Of a DNA stretch of 64,000 bases, positions 40,717-51,690 are shown piece by piece (position 1 is the first letter of the stretch; each line of letters begins with the position of its first letter). The DNA comes from Methanothermococcus sp. Ax23. GTDB taxonomy: Archaea; AGJL01; Methanococci; Methanococcales; Methanococcaceae. The translations under genes were made by a program, and so were the position numbers. The DNA lies in the NCBI RefSeq assembly GCF_049075655.1, contig NZ_CP157522.1, positions 224,001-288,000 of the forward strand, read 5' to 3'. The notes under the pieces were generated by a model that saw only the letters and a list, made by a program, of their open reading frames with translations, was not told the DNA's origin and did no database searches.

Positions 40717-42426
40717 TTAAAACACTAAATCAACAACCTTGTTGTTTTTTACAAGTCCAAAATCTGTTATTTTTAATTCTGGAATTACAGAAAGGGTTAA
40801 AAATGACAGGGTTAAAAATAAATTGGTATCATACAGCACATGATTTTCTGTTTTTCTCTCAATAGATTCAATTTTTTTATAAATATGTTCTCCATCACAC
40901 CCCATAAGTCCAGCAATATTTAATTGAACAGATTCTAAGATTTTTCCATTTTCAACAACAACAAACCCTCCATTAATATCCTTTAAATGATTGACTGCAA
41001 TGGCAATATCCTTTAAGTTATTTCCAACAACCACCACATTATGGCTGTCATGGGCATAAGATGATGCAATTACTCCCTTTTTTAAGAAATGGATTAATCC
41101 TTTTCCTATTCTATTGGTTCCTTTATGTCTTTCTATAACATATATCCTATTTAATTCATTTTTATTTAACTTATCTATTGTTTCGGAAACATTTAATATG
41201 ATTTCTTTGGTAATAAGAGAGTCCTTTATTGGTTCTATTATCCTTGCCGATTTTTTTGGTTCTATATTTATATCAATCCCTTCAATTAAAAAATCCTCTT
41301 CTGATTTGTATGAGTAATTCATTGAATTATATTTAATATAATTATTATATTTATTATGATTGGTATGATGGGTATGTTGTAGAGCTCCTACAAATAAACC
41401 ATATTCCTCTAAAAATTTCCCTTTTATCATTACCTTATTTATTTTAAAATCGGTTAAATCTTCAAAAATAATCAAATCTGCGTTATTTGATGGTTTTATC
41501 CCAATATCGAATCCAAAATAATTTGCCGGGTTAATGGTTATCATCTGAATTGCTTCAACCGGTGAAACATATTTTGTGGCTTTTTTTAAGGTATTTATTA
41601 AATAACCATTTTTTAAATCCTTAATTGATATGTCATCACTTACAAGCATTATGTTTCTAATATCGTTTATTTTGTCCCGTATTTTTAGTATATTTATATT
41701 TTTTGATGCAGTTCCTTCCCTTATCATTAATTTAAGTCCCAATCGTATTTTTTCAAGGGCTTCCTCTTCGGTGGTGCATTCGTGGTCTGACATTATGCCT
41801 GTTCCAATATATTTATTTAAGTTCAATCCGGTTAGCTGTGGGGCATGTCCATCTATTAATTTTCCATATTTTTTGGCAATGTTTATTTTTTCCAATATCT
41901 CTTCATCCCCGTTTATGACTCCAATATAATTCATTACCTCCCCAAGTCCAAGAATCTTATTTTTATATTTTTCATTTTTAAATAAATTTTCAATATCTTT
42001 TGATGTAATTTTTGCTCCGCTGGTTTCGAGCTCCGTTGCAGGAACACAAGAAGGTATCATGCAATAAACATCAAGAATATGGGCATCATTTAACATGAAT
42101 TCAATGCCTTTAATACCAAGAACATTGACTATTTCGTGGGGGTCAATGACTACCTTTGACACACCGTTTAAAAGGGCATATTTCTCAAATTCCGAAGGAA
42201 TTACATGGGATGATTCTATGTGAATATGGGCATCAATAAATGTTGGAGATACAAATTTTCCATTTAAATCTAATGTTTTAGCATTTTTAAATTCATTTAA
42301 ATCAATAGTATCGTAATAATCGACAAAAACTATTTTATCATCCTTTATGCCGATATTTCCCTCTAAAATTTCCCCAGTATATACATTTATTATATTGGCG
42401 TTCTTTAATATTAAAAACATAACCAC
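40717..42426 (-). CDS. ade: Adenine deaminase
   Basis: [43 protein letters not shown]. Confidence 0.95.
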   Translation of the reverse strand: MVMFLILKNANIINVYTGEILEGNIGIKDDKIVFVDYYDTIDLNEFKNAKTLDLNGKFVSPTFIDAHIHIESSHVIPSEFEKYALLNGVSKVVIDPHEIVNVLGIKGIEFMLNDAHILDVYCMIPSCVPATELETSGAKITSKDIENLFKNEKYKNKILGLGEVMNYIGVINGDEEILEKINIAKKYGKLIDGHAPQLTGLNLNKYIGTGIMSDHECTTEEEALEKIRLGLKLMIREGTASKNINILKIRDKINDIRNIMLVSDDISIKDLKNGYLINTLKKATKYVSPVEAIQMITINPANYFGFDIGIKPSNNADLIIFEDLTDFKINKVMIKGKFLEEYGLFVGALQHTHHTNHNKYNNYIKYNSMNYSYKSEEDFLIEGIDINIEPKKSARIIEPIKDSLITKEIILNVSETIDKLNKNELNRIYVIERHKGTNRIGKGLIHFLKKGVIASSYAHDSHNVVVVGNNLKDIAIAVNHLKDINGGFVVVENGKILESVQLNIAGLMGCDGEHIYKKIESIERKTENHVLYDTNLFLTLSFLTLSVIPELKITDFGLVKNNKVVDLVF

Positions 42427-42460
42427 ACCTTATGAAATATAATATATAAGTTTTCAACGC

Positions 42461-42543
42461 AAAATGTTTTTGAAAATATATTCGCTACTTACGAAAACCT
42501 TTGGTTTTTGTCGAACTTAAAAAACTCCGAAAGGATTTTGTCA
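42461..42543 (-). repeat. Dispersed palindromic repeat, copy 2
   Basis: Homologous to 9021-9113. Confidence 0.8.
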
Positions 42544-42598
42544 GGTATTAAATAAATATTAATTAGTATTGAATTTATTTAATTATTAATTAATAATT

Positions 42599-43366
42599 TT
42601 AATATCCTTCCTCAGGCTCCTCCCTATTATTTCCAAAAATCTCATTTAAATCATTTTTTAATTTCTCCTTTCCCTCTTTTGTCCTCATTTCATATATCTT
42701 TAAAGGAGTGAATATGGAATATATTTCATTTTCGTCAATACCCATGTCCCTCGCCCTTGCTTGACATATTCTAATAGCAATATCGTTTAAAGAAGCATCT
42801 ATATTATCTGCATAATGCAACAACCATCCTTCTATTGAATCGGGTCTCATTGCCCCATGTTCTCCATGATGAGATGCAACTATTTTGATGAGCTCCATAG
42901 AAAATCCCTGTTTGTATAGCTCCGCAACTGCCAGGGTGAGATGCTCCAAATGGAAGTTTGGTATATGGTCGTATTTTTTTGTTTCCTCATCTTCAATATA
43001 GTTCTGCGGTTTCATAATATCGTGAAGTAATCCACCTGCAATTATTAAATCTTTGTCAATATTCAAATTATAAACCTCTTCAAGTGCCTCAGCCATTTTC
43101 AATGCCATCTTTGTGGTAGCCAATATATGTTCAATCAGCCCCCCTCTGTATTTATGATGCCATTTTATACTTGCTGGTGAATCTTCAAGGTTTATTTTTG
43201 TATCACTAATGTCCTCATGGGTTGGAAGGGGATTATTTATAAAATTAATTACCTTGTCCCTTAAATCTTTATTTTCTATTTTTTCCGCCAAGTTAAATAA
43301 ATCATCGATGGTATATAATTTTCTTTCTTCTATCTTTCTTTCGGTTTTTAGATTATTATTTTCCAT
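42599..43366 (-). CDS. mptB: HD-domain 7,8-dihydroneopterin 2',3'-cyclic phosphate phosphodiesterase (MJ0837-like)
   Basis: SPAS..WHH.Y.GGLIEH, LLHDIMKP, ASHHG, HYAD. Confidence 0.78.
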   Translation of the reverse strand: MENNNLKTERKIEERKLYTIDDLFNLAEKIENKDLRDKVINFINNPLPTHEDISDTKINLEDSPASIKWHHKYRGGLIEHILATTKMALKMAEALEEVYNLNIDKDLIIAGGLLHDIMKPQNYIEDEETKKYDHIPNFHLEHLTLAVAELYKQGFSMELIKIVASHHGEHGAMRPDSIEGWLLHYADNIDASLNDIAIRICQARARDMGIDENEIYSIFTPLKIYEMRTKEGKEKLKNDLNEIFGNNREEPEEGY

Positions 43367-43469
43367 TTATTCACCTTTTATTTATTATAAACTTGTAAAA
43401 TAAATTATAAATTATACAATATATTAATATAACTTCTATAAAATATAAAATATATAAATATAAAACGCA

Positions 43470-43853
43470 TTGGTGATGTTAATGATAGAGCTCGCAAAAA
43501 AACATCTGAAAAAAGTCCTCCGAATATGTGGGGCAAATAGAAACTGCCAATATTATCCATGTCATTTTGATGGGCAGGTATGTTTATGGTGCTATTGTCC
43601 ATTTTATCCATGTGAAGATGAAGAGCTCGGAGAGATGATTAAGAGAAAGGACGGAACAGAAATTTGGAGCTGTATGAATTGCGTATGGGTTCATAAGCCA
43701 GATGTTGCATGTGAAATATTAAGGGAAATTTTAGAACTCACCAAGAATAAAGAAATTGATGAAGCTGTTGAGATGCTGGATAACGAAGAAATAATAATGA
43801 AAATTAAAGAAAATGTTGAAAAGAAAGTTGGAAAGAACAATAATTTAGAATAA
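43470..43853 (+). CDS. Cysteine-rich small domain protein
   Basis: CQYYPCH..GQVCLWCYCPFYPC...WSCMNC. Confidence 0.8.
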   Translation: MVMLMIELAKKHLKKVLRICGANRNCQYYPCHFDGQVCLWCYCPFYPCEDEELGEMIKRKDGTEIWSCMNCVWVHKPDVACEILREILELTKNKEIDEAVEMLDNEEIIMKIKENVEKKVGKNNNLE

Positions 43854-43900
43854 ACTAAAATATATGGTATTTATGATTTAATAACTATTGTAGTGATAAT

Positions 43901-44935
43901 ATGATTAGTTTCGATTATTTGGCTATTGCATACATTCTTAATTTTATTCTTTTATGTATTGCAACATATACCGATATTAAAAAAAGGGAAATTCCCCATA
44001 CTATCATTATTTTGATGATTTTGATAAATTTACCTGTTGGATATTATTTATTTGGTATTGAATCCATTTGGGCATTTTTTGCAACATTGGTTTTATGTTT
44101 AATACTTGGAATAGGTATGGGTGGTGGAGATATAAAACTTTTCACCGCATTAGCTCCGCTGTTTGCCTATGGTGAAAATATATTCTACATCCCAAAACCT
44201 ATATTGCTATTAATTGGTATAAGTGCAGTATTTGCTGCGCTGTATCCAATGACCAATATATTAAGAACCTATTGGAAGGATATTATTCCATCATCAACAG
44301 GTTTAGCCGTAGTATTTGGATTTTTGATATATCTATTGAATCATTATAGTATTCCCTATGCTTCGCTGTTTCTTTGGGGGTATATAATACTTTCAATATT
44401 TATATCTCGAAAAATACCACAATATAAAGATATTATAAAAAAAGCTGGTTATTTAGCACCGATTTATTTAATTGGAATTTATTTAATTGACAGCAGTTAT
44501 TTTATCAATCACAATATTCTTCTGTCGTTTATCATATATGTGGGGGAGCTCACACTTATATCAATAGTAATTTATGCCTTAACTGGTGCTGAAATCTCTT
44601 CAAAAAAATCTGTTTCTGAATTAAAAGAAGGGGATATTTTAAGGGATATTATTTATATAAAAGATAAGGATGTTAAGGTAGAAAGTGCAAATATACTAAA
44701 AAGATTTAAAATGATGGTAAATGCGGAACTGGGAAAAAATGATGGATATGATAAAATAATTATGACTGATGGAGAAGGACTATATAAGGAAGATGTAGAG
44801 CTCTTGCAAAAACTGCACAAAGAAGGAAAAATACCGGGTGAATTAAATTTAATTACAACATATCCATTTGTTCCATTTGTGCTGGTTGGGTATGTGGTGG
44901 TTTTAGTGCTCCATTATTATTTTAATATATTATGA
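43901..44935 (+). CDS. eppA: A24-family prepilin peptidase (EppA type, extra TM segments)
   Basis: TYTDIKKREI, MGGGDIK, ELKEGDIL, YPFVPF. Confidence 0.78.
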   Translation: MISFDYLAIAYILNFILLCIATYTDIKKREIPHTIIILMILINLPVGYYLFGIESIWAFFATLVLCLILGIGMGGGDIKLFTALAPLFAYGENIFYIPKPILLLIGISAVFAALYPMTNILRTYWKDIIPSSTGLAVVFGFLIYLLNHYSIPYASLFLWGYIILSIFISRKIPQYKDIIKKAGYLAPIYLIGIYLIDSSYFINHNILLSFIIYVGELTLISIVIYALTGAEISSKKSVSELKEGDILRDIIYIKDKDVKVESANILKRFKMMVNAELGKNDGYDKIIMTDGEGLYKEDVELLQKLHKEGKIPGELNLITTYPFVPFVLVGYVVVLVLHYYFNIL

Positions 44936-44969
44936 GTTTCTTTTTTTACGAAGTAGGATAATAAACAAT

Positions 44970-46235
44970 CTATTTTATTGTGTCATCATTTTTTAAAAGT
45001 AAATTTGCCAATGGCTTTGCCCAAGACGCCTCTAATACTACACTAATTATTATTGTTGCAAATGTTGCTATTAAAAGTGTTCCTGCCAATTCCGTTGGTG
45101 GCATGTATTTTGTTATTGCAGCTGGAATTATATCAGGATGTGCCATAATTTCGGAATAAACCATTGCAGACAATGTTGCAGGAACCACACCTCGAGGACC
45201 TTCTAATGCTATGTAGATACGCTCTAAAAATGGTCGTGCAGGAGGTATTGAAGTTGCTATCAATACACCAAAAGGTCTTGCCAACAATATGGAGCCCATC
45301 GCACATATCATAGCAGGGAGGGCATATTCTTCCAATAGACCTATACTAACGCTTGCACCCAATAATACAAATATTAATATCCTGATAAAAGTAGATAATT
45401 CTCCAAAAAACATTGAAACTCGTTCCATCTCTTCAGCATATCTTTTATTTGTCATGGTATTTCCAATATACAACCCCATAATTGCCGCTGCCATAAATCC
45501 ACTAATTTCATAGCCGGTAATTTTTGGAAAAATCCCTTCTGCAAAATACCAAAAAGTTATACACAATCCAAGCGTGAATGGAGCTATATACTCTCCAAAT
45601 TTAACTTTTGAAACTATGGTTTTATAGGATACACCTCCAATAAGCCCAAGCACAATCCCTCCAACAGCAAGGGATATAAATTCAATAATCGGATTTTCAT
45701 GAGCAGCTAACCCCATGGCTGATAAACATATTAAAGCCATAACTATTCCCAGCGGGTCGTTGAATACACTTTCCGCCTCTAAAGTTATTGCAACTTCTGG
45801 ATTTATATCCATTTTTGAAAATATAGGTATTAGTGTCGCAGGGTCTGTGGCACATACTATTGCACCAAACAGGAAGCCTATTATTGATAAAATCGGTAAA
45901 TGGAATACCCAATTAAATATTATACCTGATATTGCAAACAATATTAGTAATGCTATTATATCTAGCTTAACAATCACACCCAATACTTTTTTCATAATGC
46001 TCCATTCCATTTCATAGGACCCTATGAATAAAAGGATTATCAACCCAAAATTACCTATGAGATTGAAAGAGTTTTCTACAATATCCTTTGGCATAATATT
46101 GGAAAAAGAAATTGCTAAACCAAGCAACAATAGTAGAGGAATATCAGGAATTCCAAATTTCTCTGCTAATTTTGCTATCAAAGACCCTCCAACAAAAAGT
46201 ATGGAGAGATAGCCAATTAACAATATAACATCCAT
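44970..46235 (-). CDS. nhaP: CPA1 Na+/H+ antiporter (MjNhaP1-like)
   Basis: ATDPATLIP, LEAESVFNDPLG, LEGPRGVVPA. Confidence 0.9.
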   Translation of the reverse strand: MDVILLIGYLSILFVGGSLIAKLAEKFGIPDIPLLLLLGLAISFSNIMPKDIVENSFNLIGNFGLIILLFIGSYEMEWSIMKKVLGVIVKLDIIALLILFAISGIIFNWVFHLPILSIIGFLFGAIVCATDPATLIPIFSKMDINPEVAITLEAESVFNDPLGIVMALICLSAMGLAAHENPIIEFISLAVGGIVLGLIGGVSYKTIVSKVKFGEYIAPFTLGLCITFWYFAEGIFPKITGYEISGFMAAAIMGLYIGNTMTNKRYAEEMERVSMFFGELSTFIRILIFVLLGASVSIGLLEEYALPAMICAMGSILLARPFGVLIATSIPPARPFLERIYIALEGPRGVVPATLSAMVYSEIMAHPDIIPAAITKYMPPTELAGTLLIATFATIIISVVLEASWAKPLANLLLKNDDTIK

Positions 46236-46366
46236 ACAACCACCCTAATTTAATAGTTTGCAAGTTTTATAATATAGTTTGTAGTCCTCTATTTATAATT
46301 TTTGGTTATTTACATATTTAAATAAATAATATTTTGTATTTAATATACTCTCTTTTTTATTATATT

Positions 46367-47107
46367 TTATTTAAAGAACTTTACAAATGCATATAAATTT
46401 GTAAATGGATGTGGGGGACATCCTGGAATATATAAATCCACAGATAAGATTTTATCAACCCCGCCAACCACTTCCTCGTTTTCTCTAAATATTCCACCAG
46501 ATATTGCACATGTGCCAACTGCGATAACAAATTTTGGAGAAGGAGTTGCGTCATATGTTTTCATGAGTGCGAGCTCCATATTTTTTGTGACAGGTCCTGT
46601 AATTACAAGACCATCCGCATGTCTTGGTGATGCTACAAATTTAATACCAAACCTCGATAGGTCATAAACTGGCGTATTTAAAACATTTATATCGGCATCG
46701 CAGGCATTGCATCCTCCGGCACAAACTTCCCTCATATATACAGATTTTCCAAATAATTTTTTTATAGTACTTAAACTGCTTGTATCTGGTTCTTTTAGAG
46801 TATCTTTTATAACTAAATCTTCCCTTTTTAAAGCAAACATTCTGTAATCTCTTGTGAAACTTATGAAATTCTGTTTTATGGACTGACATTTGCCACAGAA
46901 TAGGCACTTTCCCAAGTCTAAAGTCCGGTCATTAGGATTTACTGCACTTGTGGGGCATATGGATGCCACTTTTTGCACATCTTCGTCTGTTGCATTCTGG
47001 TTTAAGACTGGTCTTCCTCGGTATGCTTCAGGAAGCTGTATTTTATCGCTGGGAAATTCAACTGTCTTATATCCTTGCGTTATCCTGTTAGTAAGTATGT
47101 TGTTCAT
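46367..47107 (-). CDS. Ehr/hydrogenase-4-like small subunit with N-terminal ferredoxin domain (HyfH/HyfI-like)
   Basis: CPT..CLFCGKC; GGCNAC, SPRHAD, GTCAISGG, PGCPP. Confidence 0.88.
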   Translation of the reverse strand: MNNILTNRITQGYKTVEFPSDKIQLPEAYRGRPVLNQNATDEDVQKVASICPTSAVNPNDRTLDLGKCLFCGKCQSIKQNFISFTRDYRMFALKREDLVIKDTLKEPDTSSLSTIKKLFGKSVYMREVCAGGCNACDADINVLNTPVYDLSRFGIKFVASPRHADGLVITGPVTKNMELALMKTYDATPSPKFVIAVGTCAISGGIFRENEEVVGGVDKILSVDLYIPGCPPHPFTNLYAFVKFFK

Positions 47108-47119
47108 ATATACACCTCA

Positions 47120-48694
47120 TTAAAGGTCAAAACCACAGTACGATAGGTTAAAACTTTTGTTGCACAGTGGAAAGTCATATATTCCCTCATTTCTAACTGC
47201 TAATTCAAGTGCTGTCCAATTGTGGAAAGAAGGGTCTTTTATTTTATATCTAATTATGTTTCCATCCTCATCCGTGATTATACAGTGGGAGAGTTCACCT
47301 CTCCAAGCCTCCTCCATAGTTATTATAAAGCTGTTAGGTTTCAATGTAGTTTCTTCTAATTTGCTACTGCTGTCATTAATTTGGAAATCTGCGACTTTAA
47401 GGAGGTCTATGCAGAATTCTATGGAGTTAATGGTTTCGTAAAAGTATATTTTTGCCCTGGAACTGACAGCTCCGTCTTTTCTAGCTACGAGCTCCATACC
47501 ATGGTCGTAAATAATTTTAGCCCTTGAAAAGCTCTTTCTTACATCATATTCTATTCCCGACGCCCTGCCTGCTGGACCTACAAGACCTATTAACTTGGCT
47601 GTTTTTGTATCCACCATACCTGTGTAGTCAAATCTTCCAAGAACTTCTGGATTATCAAGCATTAGGTTTCCAACATCAATAACTTCTTTTTTAAGCTGTT
47701 CAAACCTCTTGATGAGCTCTTTTATGTGGTCGTTGCTGAGTTTAAACTGAGCTCCGAAAGGTCGCACTGAGCTCCTACCAAATCTATTTCCACATATTAA
47801 TACAAACATGTTGAGGAAGTCTCCTCTGATTCTACCATAGTATGACGCAGTCGGCAGATATCCAACATCCCCTGCAATGCCCCCCAGCGTTCCGATATGG
47901 TTGGCTATTCTTTCTATTTCAAGCAGAAGTCTCCTGTAAGTTAATAAAGGTTCATCCGCCACATAATCACTTAATCCTTCAACGGCTTCCGAAAAACAAA
48001 TACTGTTTCCAATTACAGTATCGCCCGCTACTGATTCAATGAGTGGAACTAGTATGTTCTTTTTGCAGTTTAACAGCTGTTTTTCAATACCTCTGTACTG
48101 GTAGCCGTGCTGTATTTCAAGATGTAGGATAGTTTCCCCCATACAATTAAACCTAAAATGCCCTGGCTCAATAATTCCAGCATGGACAGGACCAACTGCA
48201 ACTTGGTGTATTTCTTCCCCTTCAACTTCATAGAACGGATAATTTCCAGGAATTGGTGCAGTGTAGTCGTTGCCAAATGCATCTGGATTTCCACTGTAAT
48301 TTTTATGATATCTCACCGATTTAAACCAAGGATGATTTTTTGGGATAATTCCATACTGCTCCGCGATTTCCCTTTCAAACATGTGAAACTTAATATTATA
48401 TTGTGAAAGAGACTCATAGGAATCCTCCACCATGGTACTTGCGACATATAATCCGCCGTCATTTCTTAAAACTGTATATATTTTATAGCCAGTTTTATTT
48501 TCGTTGTCGTTATTTTTATTGTTAGTTTCATTATCTTTAATTTCACAGCAAGGGACTGCAAAATGCTGAACAACATGTCCTGTTTCTGCAAATTTTAAAA
48601 TTTCGTCTTTAAATTCATCAAATGGCAATATAGGTATGTCATCAACATTCACAGCCACTCCGTTCTCAATTCTTAATAGTCCCATCCTATTCAC
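47120..48694 (-). CDS. Ehr large subunit (HyfG/HycE-like, lacking NiFe-binding Cys motifs)
   Basis: VGPVHAGIIEPGHFRF; ESVAGD replaces RxCxxC; ends DFPLCNKSFNLSYCGFDL instead of DPCxxC. Confidence 0.88.
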   Translation of the reverse strand: MNRMGLLRIENGVAVNVDDIPILPFDEFKDEILKFAETGHVVQHFAVPCCEIKDNETNNKNNDNENKTGYKIYTVLRNDGGLYVASTMVEDSYESLSQYNIKFHMFEREIAEQYGIIPKNHPWFKSVRYHKNYSGNPDAFGNDYTAPIPGNYPFYEVEGEEIHQVAVGPVHAGIIEPGHFRFNCMGETILHLEIQHGYQYRGIEKQLLNCKKNILVPLIESVAGDTVIGNSICFSEAVEGLSDYVADEPLLTYRRLLLEIERIANHIGTLGGIAGDVGYLPTASYYGRIRGDFLNMFVLICGNRFGRSSVRPFGAQFKLSNDHIKELIKRFEQLKKEVIDVGNLMLDNPEVLGRFDYTGMVDTKTAKLIGLVGPAGRASGIEYDVRKSFSRAKIIYDHGMELVARKDGAVSSRAKIYFYETINSIEFCIDLLKVADFQINDSSSKLEETTLKPNSFIITMEEAWRGELSHCIITDEDGNIIRYKIKDPSFHNWTALELAVRNEGIYDFPLCNKSFNLSYCGFDL

Positions 48695-48695
48695 C

Positions 48696-50108
48696 TCAGC
48701 GTAGTAAGAAATTTATCAAGCATTCTTGATATGGGCTGAACATAAGCACCGTAATTACAAATGAAAGAATCAGCAAGGTTAAACTTGGGGCATATAATCC
48801 AAAGCTTTCATTGATTGGTTCAATATATTCATCTGATTCGCTATATCCCATTTGAATAATTTTCTTAGAGAATCCTGCGATTACTAGAATTAATCCAAGT
48901 ATAAATAGGAATCCTACTGCGTAGTAATGCCCTGTAAATGCTCCAAATATTATTAACAACTCACTTAGGAATAGCCCAAACGGTGGAAATCCTGTAATAC
49001 CTATGGCACCCAGCGTAAATGCAAATGCAGTTTTTGGCAATACTTTAAAGAAGTTTTTTATTTTGGATATTTCTTTTGTGCCATATTGAAGGAGTATATT
49101 TCCAGTAGATAAGAACAAGGCACACTTGATAAGTGAGTGGTTTATCATGTGGAAAACCGACCCAAGTAATGCAATTCCCCCAATTCCAGTTCCCAGTGCA
49201 ATAATACCCATGTTTTCAATACTTGAATACGCAAGTAATCTTTTGTAATCCTTTTGAGCAGGCATATATGCGGCTGCGACAAATACTGAGAATAAACCAA
49301 GAGCTATCATCATATTGCTTGTGATTTCCCCTAACTCAAAATGCCCTGCAAGAGTATTGAATTTATATATTGGCAAGAAAGCGCAGTTTAACAACGCCCC
49401 AGACAGCAGAGCAGATGCTGGGCTTGGAGCTTCTCCGTGAGCATCTGAAAGCCATATATGCATTGGAGCCAGACCGACCTTTGTTCCATATCCTAGGAGT
49501 ATAAATATAAATCCAACCAAAAACCACAATGGATTTATTGTTCCAGTATAGGTCATTAGATTAGAGAATAAAAGACCAGAAATTTGTTCGGGCTGTGTAA
49601 TTGATTGTAATATAATGAAAGAACCTAGCAATGCAAGAGAAATTCCAACAGAACATGTAATAAGGTACTTCCATGTGGCTACAACTGAATCCCTCGTTTT
49701 ATGCAAGAATATCAGTGGGGCACTTGAAATTGTCGTGGCTTCAATGGCTATCCATGTAAGTATTATGTGGTCGGAAATTGCCGCAAGACTCATTGCTGAT
49801 ACAAAGAACAGCAACATGGAGCTGTAAATATGTTCTGATTCATAGTTAGAGTTTTTAAGGTAATCTATGGAGTAATAAGATACCATCAAGAACAGCAATG
49901 AAATTAAACCAAGCACTATCTTTCCAAGGGGCGTAATAAAGATATAATTTTTTAACATAATTGCTTGGCTGGGTTCAATGCAGATGTATGCTGTAATGAC
50001 AGCATGAACTATTGCTACCAAAAAGGGAATGTATCTTGTAAGTTTTCCCCTTATAAAGTAAGCAATAACGCCGGCTAATGCTGGAATTATAACTACCAAT
50101 TCATCCAT
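48696..50108 (-). CDS. HyfF-like proton-translocating antiporter subunit
   Basis: WIAIEATT, WKY, GYGTKVGLAPMHIWL.DAH.EAPSP, KRLLAYSSIE. Confidence 0.88.
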   Translation of the reverse strand: MDELVVIIPALAGVIAYFIRGKLTRYIPFLVAIVHAVITAYICIEPSQAIMLKNYIFITPLGKIVLGLISLLFLMVSYYSIDYLKNSNYESEHIYSSMLLFFVSAMSLAAISDHIILTWIAIEATTISSAPLIFLHKTRDSVVATWKYLITCSVGISLALLGSFIILQSITQPEQISGLLFSNLMTYTGTINPLWFLVGFIFILLGYGTKVGLAPMHIWLSDAHGEAPSPASALLSGALLNCAFLPIYKFNTLAGHFELGEITSNMMIALGLFSVFVAAAYMPAQKDYKRLLAYSSIENMGIIALGTGIGGIALLGSVFHMINHSLIKCALFLSTGNILLQYGTKEISKIKNFFKVLPKTAFAFTLGAIGITGFPPFGLFLSELLIIFGAFTGHYYAVGFLFILGLILVIAGFSKKIIQMGYSESDEYIEPINESFGLYAPSLTLLILSFVITVLMFSPYQECLINFLLR

Positions 50109-50140
50109 CTTATACGCCTCTATATTATTTTAAGTTTAAT

Positions 50141-50773
50141 TTATTCCCTTTTGTAGTCATTAGGGCTGTAAAGTTTGTTAATCTGGTTAATAATTATAGT
50201 CATAAGCATTACGCAAATTAGAATATCCAGAAGTATTCCAAATTCAACAACATACTGCATATTTTTTCCAATCATCAAACCTACAATAGATATACCGTTT
50301 TCAAGCATTAAGTAGGATGATACCTGAGTAATTGCCTTTTTCCTAGCCATTAGAAGGAATAATGCTGGAATTATTGTAGTTATACCTCCAATGAACAGCA
50401 GTTTTTTTGATATATCAAAATCGAGATATCCTGACCATATATAGGCTATGGCTATAACCGCTAATCCGAAGAATAACGATGCCCGGTATCCGATTAATGG
50501 ATTGAGCTCTCTTTTGATATCGCCTTTTCTTGCGGCATAGATAAGAAAACTGGGTATAAAGAAAGACCGTATTACCAAAGTGCTCAGGGCAATAATAAAT
50601 CCATATATAGTTATTTCCCCGCCTCCAAGAACTATCGTCAGAAGTGATACTAAAAAACTCTGAATTGCTATTGTTTTAACAAGTGGAAACAATCTGTGAG
50701 TATTTAATGCGAATAATACCGTTCCAATTATAAGTGCAATAATCAGTTTTTCATAATACAACATTTCAATCAT
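50141..50773 (-). CDS. HyfE-like membrane subunit
   Basis: RKKAITQV..YLMLENG, VEFGILLD. Confidence 0.85.
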   Translation of the reverse strand: MIEMLYYEKLIIALIIGTVLFALNTHRLFPLVKTIAIQSFLVSLLTIVLGGGEITIYGFIIALSTLVIRSFFIPSFLIYAARKGDIKRELNPLIGYRASLFFGLAVIAIAYIWSGYLDFDISKKLLFIGGITTIIPALFLLMARKKAITQVSSYLMLENGISIVGLMIGKNMQYVVEFGILLDILICVMLMTIIINQINKLYSPNDYKRE

Positions 50774-50774
50774 A

Positions 50775-51689
50775 TTATTCCACCCCTATGGAGAATATTA
50801 ATGCAAGTGTGGCAATGGCAAATGACGACATTAGGAAAGTCGTATTTCTGGGGAGTTTATACCTAACACCAATGGATTCAAGGATTCCTACGGCAAATGC
50901 TATTGCAAACAACCCGACTACAAATACCAAATAATTCAGAGCTCCGATACCAAAATCCACAGGGAATATTAATCTTGAAAGTATCCCTCCAAAGAACAGG
51001 AATTTTAAAAATGTTCCAAATTCCATTAACCCCAAATCAGGACCGCTGTTATCGAGAATCATTACTTCGTGAATCATGGTCAATTCTAAGTGTGTATCTG
51101 GGTCATCTATTGGTTTTCTTGCATTTTCCACAATTAATATCATAAACAGGACAATTATAGACATTATCGCAAATATTCCCGCTTGATGCCATAGTATTTG
51201 AGCCCCCACACTACCTAAAATTCCCAACAGGCTCGGAGCTCCTGTAAGTTTTACCGCTAATATGAATGTCATGAATAATGAGCCCTCTGCCAAGAATGAT
51301 ATGAATGCCTCCCTACTGGCACCCATTCCTTCAAATGATGAAGCCGTGTTTAGTGAGCTCAGTAGTAGAAAGAACCTACTTAATGCAAATAGATACACCA
51401 CTACGATGAAGTCGTATGTAAATGAAATTACTGGTTTTTCTCCCGCAATTGGGAAGAATAGAAGTGCTAATAAGTAAGTAACCATTATAATCAGTGGTGC
51501 AAACCCGAATATCCAGCTAGTGCTTTTGCTATACACCAACCCCTTTTTTAAGAACCTCATCAGGTCGTAGTATTTGATAAATAATGAAGGTCCTTTTTTA
51601 CCTACCGATAATGCCTTTACTTTATCAATCACAGCAGGAAACAGCGGAGCAAGTGAAACCGTGAGTATATAATATATTATGGATTCCAT
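50775..51689 (-). CDS. HyfC/HycD-like (NuoH-type) membrane subunit
   Basis: SSFEGMGASRE, ENARKPIDDPDTHLELTMIHEVM. Confidence 0.88.
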   Translation of the reverse strand: MESIIYYILTVSLAPLFPAVIDKVKALSVGKKGPSLFIKYYDLMRFLKKGLVYSKSTSWIFGFAPLIIMVTYLLALLFFPIAGEKPVISFTYDFIVVVYLFALSRFFLLLSSLNTASSFEGMGASREAFISFLAEGSLFMTFILAVKLTGAPSLLGILGSVGAQILWHQAGIFAIMSIIVLFMILIVENARKPIDDPDTHLELTMIHEVMILDNSGPDLGLMEFGTFLKFLFFGGILSRLIFPVDFGIGALNYLVFVVGLFAIAFAVGILESIGVRYKLPRNTTFLMSSFAIATLALIFSIGVE

Positions 51690-51690
51690 T

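Noticed and set aside
47120-48694. NiFe hydrogenase large subunit
   Set aside because: Both NiFe-binding CxxC motifs are absent, so it was called Ehr instead
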